From Monocercomonoides exilis PA203 (taxonomy: Eukaryota; Protista; Preaxostyla), in contig LSRY02000008.1 in assembly GCA_001643675.2 (NCBI GenBank), positions 744,001-808,000 of the forward strand: a DNA stretch of 64,000 bases, given 5' to 3'. The translations under genes and the position numbers were made by a program. Every line of letters starts with the position of its first letter. Positions within the stretch are counted from its first letter, which is position 1. Under the pieces are notes generated by a model. It did no database searches, was not told where the DNA came from, and saw only the letters and a program-made list of their open reading frames with translations. Of the stretch, positions 1 to 13,499 are shown piece by piece.

Positions 1-57
1 TGTGCTGGAGACATGTCTTTGCCACGATTTCTTCATGCTGCTCATTAGCCATCTAGA

Positions 58-77
58 TGTGTGTGTGTGTGTGTGTG
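58..77. repeat. (GT)n microsatellite
   Basis: tgtgtgtgtg... run read directly. Confidence 0.9.
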
Positions 78-789
78 CAAAGAAGATTATTTGAGAGCGC
101 TTCTGTTTCCTTCAGAGGACAATCCGATTGAAAAGAGAGAAAACGCCAACATTTTGAGCAACTGATGAAGGTGCTGGACAACCAGGCGTGTATGCTTTTA
201 ATGATGCCTGTGGGAGGGTATTGGCAGAGGTGGAGGTGAAGTGGTGGGGATTGGGCTGAAGCAGCCGGTAGAAGCTGTTTGAAGCTGAACAGCCGGTGGC
301 ACCAAAGAAAGAAGGGCAGCTGATGGTGTTTTGGATGGCGATGATGCTGGCAGAGCTTGTTGCAATGCAGTTTTGGAGGAATGATGAAAAAATAGAGATC
401 TGCTTTTCGGTTGCCTCGATCTAATGGGCAGAACGTTGAGAAGATTCACAAGGATATGGCGAGGGGAGAAGCAGAGGGAGAAGGAGTTCTGTCTTACCAT
501 CTGTTTCATAACAATCATCATCCTCTTCTTCTTCCTCTTCCTCTTCCTCTATTTCTTCTTCCTCTTCCTCCTCTTCTTTCTCTCTTCAATTCCCTTTTCT
601 CTCTTTTCTTTTTTTAAATGCACACACTTTTCCATCTTCTTCAACTATCTTCTTCTCTCTCCGGCTCCTGTTTCGAAAAGCGCACATTTTCATTCAAAAT
701 ATTTTTCGAATGAAATGAATATTTCTTGAATCCCAAAAAAAGTGTTTCTTTCTTTAACACATATATCTGAGCAAAACACATAGAAAGAA

Positions 790-990
790 AAAGATGATGA
801 TGAAGGTGAAGAAAAAGATGAATGAGATGAAGGAGATGAAGGAGATGAAGAAGAAGAAGAAGAAGAAGGTGAAGAAGGTGAAGAAGGCGAAGAAGGTGAA
901 GAAGGTGAAGAAGGCGAAGAAGGTGAAGAAGGTGAAGAAGGTGAAGAAGGTGAAGAAGGCGAAGAAGGTGAAGAAGGTGAAGATGATGAC
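790..990 (+). repeat. GAAGAAGG(T/C) 9-bp tandem repeat; Glu/Gly-rich tract of a decayed gene
   Basis: Long run of gaagaaggt/gaagaaggc units. The acidic frame has a TGA near 824 and the surrounding frames are broken. Confidence 0.8.
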
Positions 991-2150
991 AATGGTGTTG
1001 TTGAAGACGAAGAAACACTTAAGATTTCAAGTATCGGATATATTCTGTAAGAGGATATCCTTAACATAACATCCACGTTCTCTGCTCTTGTGGATAACGC
1101 TTCAATGATGGAATTCCAACGGCGATAGCAAAATGATTCGGATCCATTAAACCTGTCATTTGCCTCCAGCTGCCTGTATAACGCCAAAATGACAGATTAA
1201 CTCGTATTTGTGGCTCTCAAATCAAGGAATCAAATCCAGTTCCATCCCTCTCCTAAGTCCATAAAAGCAATGTTCTTTCCTTTCGATACGAAGAAATGTG
1301 CCTTGTTCTGCTGTAGCTGCTGCCAATCTCCTGTTTCAGTCATCTGCCCCAATCTCTCCAACAAATGAGTTTGAAAATATCTCCTCTCTCTTCAAAAATC
1401 GCTTCCTTTTCAGAGAGATTGGGCGTTCTTCCTTTTTAGCTTTGAATATCTTCCAATCCCATGAATAACCGCTTCATCAAAATTCATTTTTCATCGTTTT
1501 TCTATCCATCGCACATCCTGAGTCAAAAATAAGTAGCATAAATATTTATGATAAAATACATTCATGTTCTAATATATTTGTAAGATATTATTTGGCTTGT
1601 TCTTCCCTGTTTTCAAAATAACGAATAAACTGACTTTTTCAAATAAATTGTCTGAATATCGACTTTGGAGAGGATACAGATGAAAATATCTTCACAATCA
1701 AAAGAACAATAAAAAGCACATACACAACGTCTTTTGTGTTATGAATTAAATTGTTGGGTTTTTTTTGTCCATCCAATTACCAAAAATCAACTGACAGAAT
1801 TTAAATATTTGTGCACTGCCATCACTGCTTGATGTTGCCTCAAGAAATAATATTTCTAAATTCCGCAGTATGAATTCATTCGTCAACTTTCATTTTGCAA
1901 ATTGATATTCCAGTTCAAATAATGCTTTTCAATCATTGAATCCATAACAAATAAAATAAAAAGTCAAAACTTATCTTTTTTTTTGTAATTACTTGCCAAA
2001 GATAACATACGAAAGATGCTGGTGTGAGTGCACGCACTTTGATTTCCATTTGTGTTAATATTTTTCTCCAATTTCCTCTGCCCAAACATTCGCGTTTTCA
2101 ATGTGAACAGCAAAACTGCATTGCGTTCTGAACACAATGAACTTTAAAAA

Positions 2151-3563
2151 ATGCAGGACATGGACAACACAAAAAAGTTCAATGGTAAGCAGTTGTGGTT
2201 GCTTTTGAATTCTTGTTGATTGTGTTTCTATCTTTTCTTTTTTATTGAAGGATTACTTTCAGAGCTTGGAGATTGCGCCGAAATTGAGCAGAAAGAGATA
2301 ATTGAAGAAATGAAAAGAGTCATTGATGAAATGAATAAAGAAGAATTATATGCTTTTTTTAAAACAGATATATTCTACAAAATACACGAAATGATTGAAG
2401 AAAAGAAAATATCTTTGGAAAATGCAATTTTGGTGTTGAAGCATATTGGACATTGCAGAGTGCTGAAAGGTGTGTGGAATGAAAGATTTGGAGGATCTTT
2501 GTTGCAGAAAAGATTTGAGAAGATGATTATTGATGAAGAAAAGAAAAAAGAAGAGAAGAATGAAAAGCTTTGGGTTGATCTTTGTGAATGCTATATTTTA
2601 TTGAACAAGAGGATTTCTCAGGAATTTCTTTCAACTGGCGTGTCTTGCCTTTTGAAAGTTGCACTGAATAAAGAAGAAAACGAAGAAGCTAAAAAGAAAG
2701 TGGAAATCGCTTTGGTGACATTGGGCTCTATTGATAAGTGGGAGGTAGAAAGAGAATTGTTTTTGTTGATTTGTTGATTTCTTTCTCGTTTTTCAAAGTG
2801 TGTTGAACAAGAACTATATTTGCATGAAAGCAGAGAAATTATCCAATATCATCAGGAACATCACAATCTGTCGCGATTTGCTTATCAATCTGCTTGGAAG
2901 TTTTCTATTCTCCGATTATACAGGAATAGAGAGTTTGAGGAAGTTATTGTAAATGAGCTGCATTTCGGAAGAGAGGCAGCAAGAGAATTGGATGAGCTGG
3001 CAAAGTGTGTGGATTGGAAGAGAAAAAAAGAAGAAAGAGGAAGAGAAACGAAAGAAGAGCTTGCGATAACAAGATGGCTCAGCTTTTTGTATCGAAGTTT
3101 TTGCTCTTGTCTGTTGATGAATGAAGAATATTCTGGGATTATCCAAAGCATTGCAATGTTATTCAGAGCATCAAGGGATAATTACGAAGAAATAAGTAAG
3201 ATTTGCAAATATCCACTAATGGCAGCAGCAGGAAGAATCACGCATATTGAAGACTTATTGAAAGGAGAGGCAATTGATGCAGTTTTGGAGGAGTTTCAAC
3301 GACCAACGTTGAATGACGAAATAACAAGTGGGTTCTTGGAGTGTTTTGATAATATTACAAGAAGATTGAAAGAAAAGAAAGATCGCACAACTGACGAAGA
3401 AAAAAGAAAAGCTTTGAAAAAGGAGATTTTTGAAAAGATGGAAGAAGAAGGATACGAAGATATCGTTATTAGCTTTCATGAAGTATCTGGTATTCTTTAT
3501 AGTAAATATCGTTATCAATATGAATTATCAGTTGATTTTTCTAATTATCTTGTGAATGTCTAA
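2151..3563 (+). CDS. Uncharacterised helical protein of a lineage-expanded family (Monocercomonoides-type), 3 exons
   Basis: ATG at 2151. Introns 2185-2250 and 2745-2798 (GT..AG) both splice in frame and join ORFs 2220-2777 and 2820-3563. Family-like motifs QYHQEHHNLSRFAYQSAW, VNELHFGREAAREL, FEKMEEEGYED. Confidence 0.8.
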
Positions 3564-4031
3564 CAAATTAAAATACTTCATATTTTGTAATTCAAAAATT
3601 TGTTTTTTTTTATTTGATTTGATTTCACAACTCAACATATTTTTTTCATTTTTTTATGTAAAATATAAAATTTTTTAACTCCACTTCACTTTGATGAAAT
3701 GGTGAAAAATTTTTTCATTGATGAAAATATCCACGTTTAGTTCCAAACTTGTTCTGCTTTCAAATTGCAATGTTGATATCATAATTATGATGAAAAGGAA
3801 TAGAATAGAAATTCAAGATAATAATTTCTATTCTAATTTTAATTTTTTTTTTTTATTTTAATTTTTATTTATTCATTTATTTTGTTTATAAACACATTTT
3901 TTTAAACAAAATCTGAAGAAGATATTCATTTGGTGTGACTAAGATCAGTTCGATCCGATTATTTCGAAACAATGCATAATTATGTTTATCAAAATTATTC
4001 TACAAGTAAATCATTATTATTAAAAGTATAT

Positions 4032-4288
4032 GTGTGATTATTTTTGTAATCATATTTTTTCAAACGAAATTTTCGGTACAAAAATATCTCTTGAATATTA
4101 ACATATGAACACTGAAAAGTGAAAAGGCTTATTAAAAACAAATTTTTTTTTATTTAACTAAAAACATTTGAGTAGAAAAACAATTATTATGCTATTTATC
4201 TTTTGAATTAATAATCACTTTCGAATAATCAACAATTTTTAAAAAATCAACACCCCTTAAAAATATATGATTTCAAAAATAAACACTC
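4032..4288. mobile_element. ~257-bp MITE with Sola2-type termini
   Basis: ATAT|GTGTGATTATTTTTG...CAAAAATAAACACTC|ATAT. Interior is the reverse-complement homologue of 57158-57409. Confidence 0.8.
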
Positions 4289-4429
4289 ATATTCAAATTG
4301 AAAAACTCAGTTTATTCTTTTATGAACATGAAAATATGAAAAAACCATTTCTCACAGACAATTTATAAAAAAATTTTGTCTTAAGAATTCTTATTTGTTT
4401 TTGATCTCAAGGCACGTGAACAAGATCTT

Positions 4430-4719
4430 CATGATGAAGAAAACATTTCTTCGCTGAATAAACTCTTTCACGACGAAACCAGCACGTTGTAGTGGTTCAA
4501 AAAAGAAATAATTGCTTTGAGCCTCTCAATGTGCAGAGTCCACAGATGCTGTCAATGAATTAATCATGAAAAGAATTGTCTTTTTAACGCTTGTCCAAAA
4601 TGCAAGATTAAAAAAAAAACATTCTTACAGGAACATCTTTTGGCAAAATAAAGATTGGATTGGGAATTACTCTTCCGATTTGTTTATATTACTGGCTAGG
4701 AATTTTTAACAAAACAATT
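4430..4719 (+). pseudogene. 5' part of a Merlin (IS1595/ISXO2-like) transposase, cut by the 4720 insertion
   Basis: Reads ACPKCKI..ILTGTSFGKIK...CLYYWLGIFNKTI, the Merlin N-terminal Cys region. Continues in frame at 19173. Confidence 0.75.
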
Positions 4720-5902
4720 GGGTGATTATTTTTGAAATCATAAATTTTTTCGGGGGTGTTTTTTTTTTGAAAACATTTTCAATAAAACAATCTCAAACAA
4801 ACAAAAATTATCTATTTGTAATATAAACATTTATTTCTTTTCTTTGAAATCACTCATTGAAAGTTGGTCCAAATTTCTTTCTGGCATGGATCATTTTAAC
4901 CATAATAAAGTTTGTGAAATGGTGGAAACAGAATTTATATTTTTTTGATATCTCTTGAATTATGTGCTGAAATTTCTCATGCAATACGTTCATTAATATC
5001 CAATTTTGCAAGTGTGTACTTATTATTCACTATTTCATTTTATTCAAAAAAATATAAAACTTTTAATTTTGATTGGCTTTTTTTCACAAATATGATTTTT
5101 AATTCCATCAAAAACGAGAGAATAGATTTAACGTTGTATAAAATTTGCTTTTTTCCATCATTCAAATGTTTATTTCAACTATTTGGAAGCTCATTTCACA
5201 CTTCATTATATCACTGATTTCAAGAAATTATATGTATTGCCTCATTTTCCATATCATCAATTCACTTGTTTTATTATTATTTTCACCAGAAACCAAAACT
5301 GTTTTAAATTTTGTGACATTATATATCAATAATTAATAAAATTTTATTTTATTGAGATTTCTGTTAATTCACAATTTTATTCTTCTCATTATCTATTCCT
5401 TTTCATTCATTTGATTATCAAAAATATTTGAGTAAAATTTGATGAAATCAACTGAAAGAAAAAAGCTGAAATTGAGAGATATAATGCAAACGTTAAAGCT
5501 ATTGAAATGTTAATCACATGATTTGCATTTGATGAAAATGAAGTTTCTAAAAGGATGAAAATGTTTGAGTTTGTTTCGAATGATGTATTTGTTTTGCTTT
5601 TTTATTAATTTAATTAAAAAGAGAGAAAATGATCATTTGTTAGTATTATCTTTCATTGAAGGCAGATATAAAAAAGCATTAATCTTCATAATTATTATTT
5701 TTTAATAATATGCACATAAGAATCATTTGGTGATACAGAAAATTCACTGTTTTAAAAGATTGCTTTCTAAATTAAAACAATCTTAAGTCAACTATTTTTT
5801 TCTACACATATTGAAGAACGTCAACATTTCGAAAAGAGAAGAATCGGATTATTTTTCAAAAGGAAGATCAAAACAGTTGTCAGCAATATCTTCTGAAGAG
5901 CA

Positions 5903-8020
5903 TCAATCACCTGCTCCCTTATCTGGTTTATTTATGAAAAGTTGCATAGACAACGAATCCCTCAAATCTGCAATCAGCTCTTCACGAGAAGACAACCACG
6001 CTATTGTATCCACATGATTCAACTTGGATGAAGTTGTTGGACACAAATACTCCCCTCGAACAAGTGTTGAATCTGAATCAATCGTCGAAGTGGTTGAGGT
6101 GGATGAAATAGAGGGAGATGGTGTTCTCTTCATTATCTCTTCCTCCTCCTCCTTTTCCAATGCCCATTCAGGAATCTTGTCTGAATCTCTCCCCAAAATA
6201 TATTCCGTTGAACAACTCTCACTCAGCAAATGTTCTGATGATTCTGAATGTCCCAAACTTTTCGCACACACCCTCTTCTTAAACCTCTCATCATTCTTCT
6301 TCTCTGCCTCCCTTTCTGATCTCCTCCATTGCTCCTCGGGAGACATCTCCATCGTCACCATCTCAAATGCCTTCGGATCTTTTCTGATGTTGTCATTCAC
6401 GATCTCTCTCAGATCTTCTGCTTCATTTTTAACCTTCTTCCATCGAGCAATGAATTTTATTGATACAATAAGAACAATCAATAATATAACTACAAGGATA
6501 ATTACAATAATTGGCCACAATGTTCTTTCTTTCTTTCCTCCTTCAGCAATTCTTTCATTTCCATTTCCCTTTGTTTCGCTCACATTCTTCAGAACAAATG
6601 ATTGAGTTGATGAAGAAGACTCTGCGTTTCCAAACAAAATGCACACGCTTACTTCTGTTTCATCTCCACAACTGTTGATGAGATCCTTTTCCACGCTTCC
6701 TTCTGCTTCTCTTTCGGATAAAAACCCATTTGAATCAAAATCATAATGTTCATTCTCTATCTCTTCTCCCTTCCTCTTCACAATTGAAAATGATAGATTG
6801 CATGGAACAAGAAGCATCGCTTTGAATGTCAGTTTCATTCTATTTGCCTCTTCATTTGCTTCCACACTCTCCAATACAGGTATGAAGAATGATGAATCTC
6901 TCTCTGAAATAATCCCTTCAAAACTGCACCCTTCATTTAACATCCAAAGTGAAGAATTATCCTTCCATCCATCACCTCCTTTCAAATTCATCACATTCAA
7001 TGTCCCTGAGTCTGAACAAATGACATTTCTTCTCAGTGATGGATATCCTTCAATTGATGGATTGTTATCTACAAATTCAACTTTCTCAATATTTTCATTT
7101 CCTCCACAAACAGAAAGACCTCCATCAGAGCAGTTCACAAAACTCGTATCCCTCATCACCCCTGAGCTCTCCTTCACCTCAACAACTGATCCATTCCATT
7201 TGCACACATCCGCTTCCTCATTCAATTCCTTTTTTCTTTCTTCCTTTCCATCAAACAAGCATTGCTTCATCTAAATATTTTTGCACATCAAAAGAGACAT
7301 CATCTTCACTTTCTTTCTTTTTGATGAACACACACCAAACGAACTGTTCGAAAACTCCACATTTCCTTCTATCGTTTCAACATCAATTACACCTGCACTC
7401 TCATCCACACATGTGATGTTCTCAAACGAAGACGACAAAATTGAAATAGAGAATTCACTTTCTTCTCTGTTCTTCATTTCTTCATTTTTTCCATTCGCCC
7501 TTCTTATCCATCCATTATCCATTCTCGAATTCCCAGCTCCACTGATCTTCATACAGTCTTTTCTTCCCTCAATATTTCTGAGCGTCAATCCACTCACTTC
7601 AGTATCCTCTTCCATAATCATGGCTGCTTCACTCAAAAATGAAAGCCACATAACACTCACATTCCTGATTTCACATTTCACTCTTTCCACAAATATCAGA
7701 ATGAATGGCACTTCCACCATTTCCTTCTCAGCTGAGCTTTCTCCCTCAAATGAACACATGCTTATCGATGTCTTTCCTGAACTTATCTTCATGAATGATG
7801 AATGTTCAGTTGGAAGTGGAGTTGATGTTGATTCCACTTCTTCAAAAGCAAATCGAATCCATCGCACATACAGCTACCCAGTCGTTTCCACAATCATTTC
7901 TTTGCTGCAATTCATCCTCTCTTTCACAACCACTCGACTCTTTTCTTCATGCATCCCGCTCACTGTGAGTGTGCTTTATCCCACTTCCTCATCAATCACA
8001 GATACCTCATCGACAAACAT
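5903..8020 (-). pseudogene. Cargo: truncated single-pass surface/receptor (TKL-kinase-associated family) gene
   Basis: Beta-helix-like ectodomain (SFVNCSDGGLSV, FVDNNPSIEGYPSLRRN), TM segment WPIIVIILVVILLIVLIVSI, and juxtamembrane region shared with 23392-23970. In-frame TAG at 7271-7273; ends before the kinase part. Confidence 0.75.
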
Positions 8021-8341
8021 CTGACTGAAGAAATCGTTTGGAAGATGCTTCAGCCCAAGCCCAATTGTTGTCCATGGAAGTGAAGAATTCACATGCTGCT
8101 GCTGATTATTGTTTCCTCTTTTTCGTTCTTTGTTCAAGAGCCTGATTGTGCATGATTTGAATTTTTCAAAAACAGGAAAATAAGAAGAAATAAGTTTGAT
8201 ATTCGCTGAAATCAAAAACGAGAAAAAAAAATACAAATAAATGAGAACTCTCAAAATTATGTGAATGTCGACATTCACTAAAAAAAGACTAATAAATCAA
8301 ACTTTTGTTTTGAAACAAAAAATGATTCCAACAGAAAGTTT

Positions 8342-8426
8342 ATCCTGGGAGGCTGATTCTGGCCCCAAAGCCTGCAAGGGATTGTGCTGGACCGGTCACA
8401 GCACAATCCCAGGATGGAATCAGCCT
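8342..8426. repeat. GC-rich nested palindrome
   Basis: GGGATTGTGCTG-GACCGGTC-ACAGCACAATCCC core, plus ATCCTGGGA/TCCCAGGAT and AGGCTGATTC/GAATCAGCCT inverted pairs. Confidence 0.8.
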
Positions 8427-8572
8427 AGCCACTTCATTGCATCAATGCAAAAAGCAGTACCCCAAAATTATGTCAAAAACATAATAATTAGAGCTTGAGC
8501 AATAAACATTCCTGTTGGAAAAATATTTTTGTTTTCAAAACAAAAGTTTGATTCATCAAAAAAAGTGAAAAA

Positions 8573-11500
8573 TCAAATATTAGGTACAAAGCTTGAAGCT
8601 AAACTGCAATCACAAAAATTTGAACAATTATTAATTCTATTATTTAGCATATTTTGTGTTTGATTTCCAATTATGTTCTTTGAAGGATTTGACTTGAAAC
8701 ATTCATTGTTTTTTCTTTTCCTTTCGTCTCTTGATCGCGACTCCTTATATGCTATTCTTGATTCGCCTTCAGAGTTTTTCGGTGAAAAGACAGAGCGAAG
8801 AATTTCCTTCCCTCGTTTTTCGTAAAACAAATACGTTTTCAATGACTGAACTTCCATTTTCTTCCATAGTATGATATTGCTTGGAATGTATCTGAAATTG
8901 TAATCAAAAAAAAATGAACATTATATTAATACAAGAAAAGAAAACAAACTTTAAAAAGTATCTTCTTATAGAATTTGATGATTCATTCAAATTGGTTTCA
9001 GGAGACATTCCATTAAGAGAATATTTCTGAAAAAACTCAATCAAGTCATCAATATTATTCAACTCTGTTTCACCGTCAATGTTGTCGTTGATGCACCTTG
9101 TCAAATAACCGAATTCTCCGTCGCATTCACACTTTCCGTGTTTCTCGCAAAAGAATGAAAGTGTGCAATGCTTTCCACGCGCAAAGCGAGAAGAATCAGA
9201 TAAGAGATAATGGAGAAGATAAGAATTTCGAAAGTGTGTTCCAGTGTCACACATAAAATGAAAAGTCTTTCTTTGTTGCAGAAAACTCAATCTCAACACG
9301 TTATCGAGACAGTCGATTACAAAACGATAATCGTGTGACATCACGTTTGACAAAAAATTGAAAACATGCTTTTCTATATTATTTTCTTTATTTCTCAGAT
9401 AGACAATGATGCACAGATGAGACACCTCCTGTTTGTTGTAGAAGTCCTTGCTGATACTGTTTTGCTTAATAGGCACATTCCAGTTTTCTTTAAAGTCGAA
9501 CAAAAGCAATGCTTCATCTTTCGATATGCTATTTTTCAAAAGACGAAAGTGAGATTGTTGATTGGACGCAATTTTCTTATGATTCTCAATTAATGACATA
9601 ATGACATTTTCATTTGCATCAAGTTGCTTTCCTTGTGTGATTAGATACTCCTTCCTCTTTTGAAGCGATTCATATCTCTGACAAAGATCACAGAGATCAG
9701 AACGCCTTTTGGCGCGCTTTAAGTGAGTCGTTTTTTTGTAGAATGTGCTGAGAGACATTTTTATGTTCAACTCTTTAAATTTTTCGTATAGCTTTGTTTT
9801 TGGCATGGAAATAAGTCTGGTTGGTTGCTTGTGCACAGTTGTCTCTCGCTTCGAACTTGCTTGATCATTAGATTTCAACGGATGAGAAAAACAAAATTCT
9901 TTATATTGATGATAATGAGAAGTTGAATGCATATTTCTTTGAGTTATTTTATTTGGTGATTTACATGTGGAGTTGGAAATGATAGATTTTGCGTGTTGTT
10001 TTTCATTTTTGATACAGATAATGAGTTGAAAAATGATTGTGTTGTATCATCAATTGATCTTGAATGATGTGAAATGGAGTTTTTTTCTGATTCAATAAAT
10101 GAATTTGATGAAGTGTTTGTATTGAAATACTGTGAAGTGAAGTTAGAAGTGTTTGGAATGTTGGAAATAAAATCAACAGATGTTCTTTGTTGATTATTCT
10201 GTTGAAACGAAGAAGTGGGGAGCACTTGTGAAGTGAAAACATTTGAGATTGTTGAAAAAGTTTTCTCAGATGAATTCTGTTGACGAGAAATAAACGTGTT
10301 GTTCGTTAGTGTTGGGGAAAATGGAATTTCAACAGAGTCCCGCTCATTATAGTTCACTTGAGCATAGACTGAAAGAATTGGTACGTTTCCACAACTTGCT
10401 TGTTCATCAATGATTGTTTGAATGTTGTTGCGAACGAGTGACACGTATGAATCGTTGCAATTAATCCAACCCAAACTTTGATTTGAAGATGAATAACTGA
10501 ACAATTTGTGATGTTTGCATAAGCAAAAGAAATGCCCATTTTCATTTTTCTCAGTGTGAAAAAGCAATGCGATAAGTGAATAATTGTGAGCTCCTTCAAC
10601 ATGCTTTTTTAAGGCGTTGATTTCTCCATTTTCTTTAACAAAGCTAATGTTTTCGTCAATACAAAAATTCACGCTATGTTTTCCTATTTCTTTTTCCAGA
10701 GAAATGGCAAAAAATTTGGGAAAAGAAAGAATTTGAAAATTTGAAAAATGATTTGTTGTTTGTTTGCAATTTGAGCAAAATGCTTCCTTGTTGTTTGAAT
10801 TTGAAAATCCAATAGTGAATGATTCATTGAATGATTGAACAATGTTGCTTCCATTAAGCCTAATAATCGGCGTTGATTCCAAAGCGCCAATTGTTTTGGA
10901 ACCACAACAACAGCAAATTCTTGGGAATGTTATGTTCATGTTCATCAAGTTATTCAATTCTGGCAGCACACAGATTAAATCACTGAACATATTTGTAAAT
11001 GTGAGATAAAATTCTTGTTGAGCCCTTTGCTCAAGCCTGTGCCTTGTTTCCCAATTTCTTGCAAAAGGCTCCGTCCACGAACAATTGTCAAATGAATGCG
11101 TTGGTGATGAACTTTTCGATGAGTAATACACAATTGAGAACAATTTTGTATGAAATGAAGACAGTTTTCCTTTTCTTTTTTGAATCTTGCCACAATGAGT
11201 TACAATAACTCTAAATATTTGAATGATAGAGGCAAGGCAACACGTATTTCCATAATTGTGCAGTGATAAATTGTTCAGAATATCTGATAATTGATCATTG
11301 TTATCATTTTTATTCACCTGATGGTCATCAAAATTTGAAGCTGGTTCAATAATGGTATTATCAATCTGATTGTCAAATTGGTTGCTTGAAGAATGACAGC
11401 AGTCAGTATCCATTCGTATATCTTCATTTCTCAGATATAACATATCTTTATTGCTGTCATGACAACGCTCAACATCATCATGCAAACAAATAATTGGTGT

Positions 11501-12442
11501 TTGTTCAAAAAGTTCTCCAACTTCACACTGCAATGATGAATGAGCACCTTCGTATTCAATTTCCATGTTATTGTCATTTTCATTCGTAAAGGGGAAAATA
11601 TTGCTCTCTGAAAATTCATAACTCGAATTTTCTTCAGGAATGAAATGGTTTTTCAGAGGATCATCGTCCTGCTCCATATTCGAATCACTGTTGATGATAG
11701 TAAAATCGTCATCAAAAGAAACAAAATGATCTTTCTCTGTTTTTTGATTAAAGAAAAGATGTTTAATTTTATCAATTTTAGAAATTGTTCCAAAATTAGT
11801 AATAAAAAAGCAGACTTTTTTCGAATGAGAAATTCGACAGATATTTTCAGACGATTCAGTCGAATTTTCCAATAAAAACTTCTGAAAAACCGCTTCATCT
11901 TCACTTGATAATTCTAAACATTTATTTATAAAGATAACAAAGAAAAGAAATGAAAATTATTTAAAAAAAAAAAAAAGAAACTTTTCTTTGAAGGTGGAAT
12001 AGGAGGTTTTTGTGGAGATCCAATTTCAAAGGAGAGATTGCTGCTGTTCTGTTTTGCGTGGTTGTAGTTGCCGTCCGAACAGCTGAATCCAAACTGCCGC
12101 AAATGCGAAAGAGAGTATTCATGACATACACTCTTTAATAAGGCAACTTTTGTGTGGATGTTTTGTTCGTTGTTATATATGCTGGCAATTCTCATTAAAA
12201 CGAAATTGTTTGTATCTGATGAAATAATGCGAATTGTTTGATTATTGATTATAACAAATAATAATAAATTATAACATACCATTAAACATTTTCTGAATTC
12301 TTGCTGAAATAGCTTTCCCCTTGTTTGTGTGCAGCAGCATGAACTCCAGCAGCTCAGACACTTGGTTGGATGAAATTTTTTCCATGTATTGCCAAACAGC
12401 GGAACACTTCTCGCTTTTTCTTGAAGGAGACAAAATAGAAAA
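8573..12442 (-). CDS. Sola2-like DDD transposase with inserted USP (peptidase C19) domain; spliced, one frameshift near 9945
   Basis: Transposase motifs LYEKFK..MSLSTFY, CDLC, FDFKENW, MCDTGTHFRN, FFCEKHGKCECDG. USP motifs LHNYGNTCCLASIIQ, QQEF, CCCC/CSNC, YSLIALLFH...GHF...WINCNDSYV. In-frame introns 12279-12216, 11981-11914 and 8949-8892. 5' end unresolved. Confidence 0.8.
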
Positions 12443-13499
12443 CTGCATTTATCAATGTGATAAATTGGTAAAAAATTATTTTTGTTCACAAAGAAAAAAT
12501 GAAGCGATTAAGGTTATCGCTTCCATAATCTGAATATATATCTCCTTTCTTTTCACAATGGAAAATTTCATGTGAAAAATTTCCTTCAAACAAGCAAATT
12601 CAATCCATTATTATAATCCCTTCCGTTTTCATTTCTTTTTCTTTTTGATATTTTTTTTTGATTGCTTTTTTATTCAACTTTCGGCTTCTTCTATAAATTG
12701 AAGTTGCAATTTCAAAGACGAAGTGTACGCTGTATTGTCATATTGGAAAGACAAAAGCTACTAAAAACTTTGAGTGCTATGCAAAGAAGTTCGTTGATGA
12801 TTGTGTTGAAGATTTTCAACATCAGAAACTATTTTTGTTCGTGAATTGCTCTGTGGGTTTGAATCGAATTGATATGAACACTTGACAAAAACAACAAACA
12901 ATGCAACATGCTGTGCATTTATGTGAATGACGGAAATATTTAACGATCGTGCTAACAAAATTTTGAGTGTTCTCTGAGCTTTCATTAATTCGCAATTTTA
13001 CAGATTTTTATGGAAAATTAACAATGTTTCACTATTTTTTTAGGAAAGTTCTTTGATTTCAAAAATTTATTTCTATTCATCGTTAAAATTGATTTTTTCA
13101 AAATCCAAATCAAAGAAAAATCTCAATATATAAATCTTTTTTCAAAACTTTTTTTGAAGTGTGTTCAAACAGAAAAGTTCTTCTTTTGAAGATTGAAATA
13201 TTCTCTATATTTGTTTTGATATTGTTTTATTCAGGTTATCTTGAAAGTTTGTTCTTTTCAAAATAGAAAATTCCTTGAAGTGTGAATAAATAAGCTAATG
13301 CGTCAATACATCTGTTTGAATCAGAATCAATAACAATAATAATAATACCATCCTGCTTTTTGATATCTTTTATTTCCCTTCCCCAAATGAAGATTTTTCA
13401 TCTCATTCATTCACTCCTGCTCTTCTTCTTTCTTTCTTTCTCCTTTTCTTTCTTTTCTATCTCTTATTTTTCATCTTTCTCTTCCATTTTTCCTTTTTC

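Noticed and set aside
840-985. CRISPR-like or functional repeat array
   Set aside because: 9-bp tandem units with no spacers in a eukaryotic context
198-1187. Overlapping low-complexity ORFs (poly-LH, poly-SP, poly-KV)
   Set aside because: Alternative-frame products of GAA/CTT repeats, not separate genes
7271-7273. In-frame TAG joining two ORFs, suggesting the TAR=Gln code used by some oxymonads
   Set aside because: Long intact ORFs contain no internal TAA/TAG, the 2151-3563 gene ends in TAA, and many other lesions are TGA. A nonsense mutation is simpler.
9944-9946. TAA readthrough to fuse the USP and transposase
   Set aside because: The two halves are in different frames; readthrough meets a TGA shortly after
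11737-11815. Intron-like AT-rich segment in the USP-transposase
   Set aside because: The frame is open through it and the best CAG acceptor would shift frame; left uncalled
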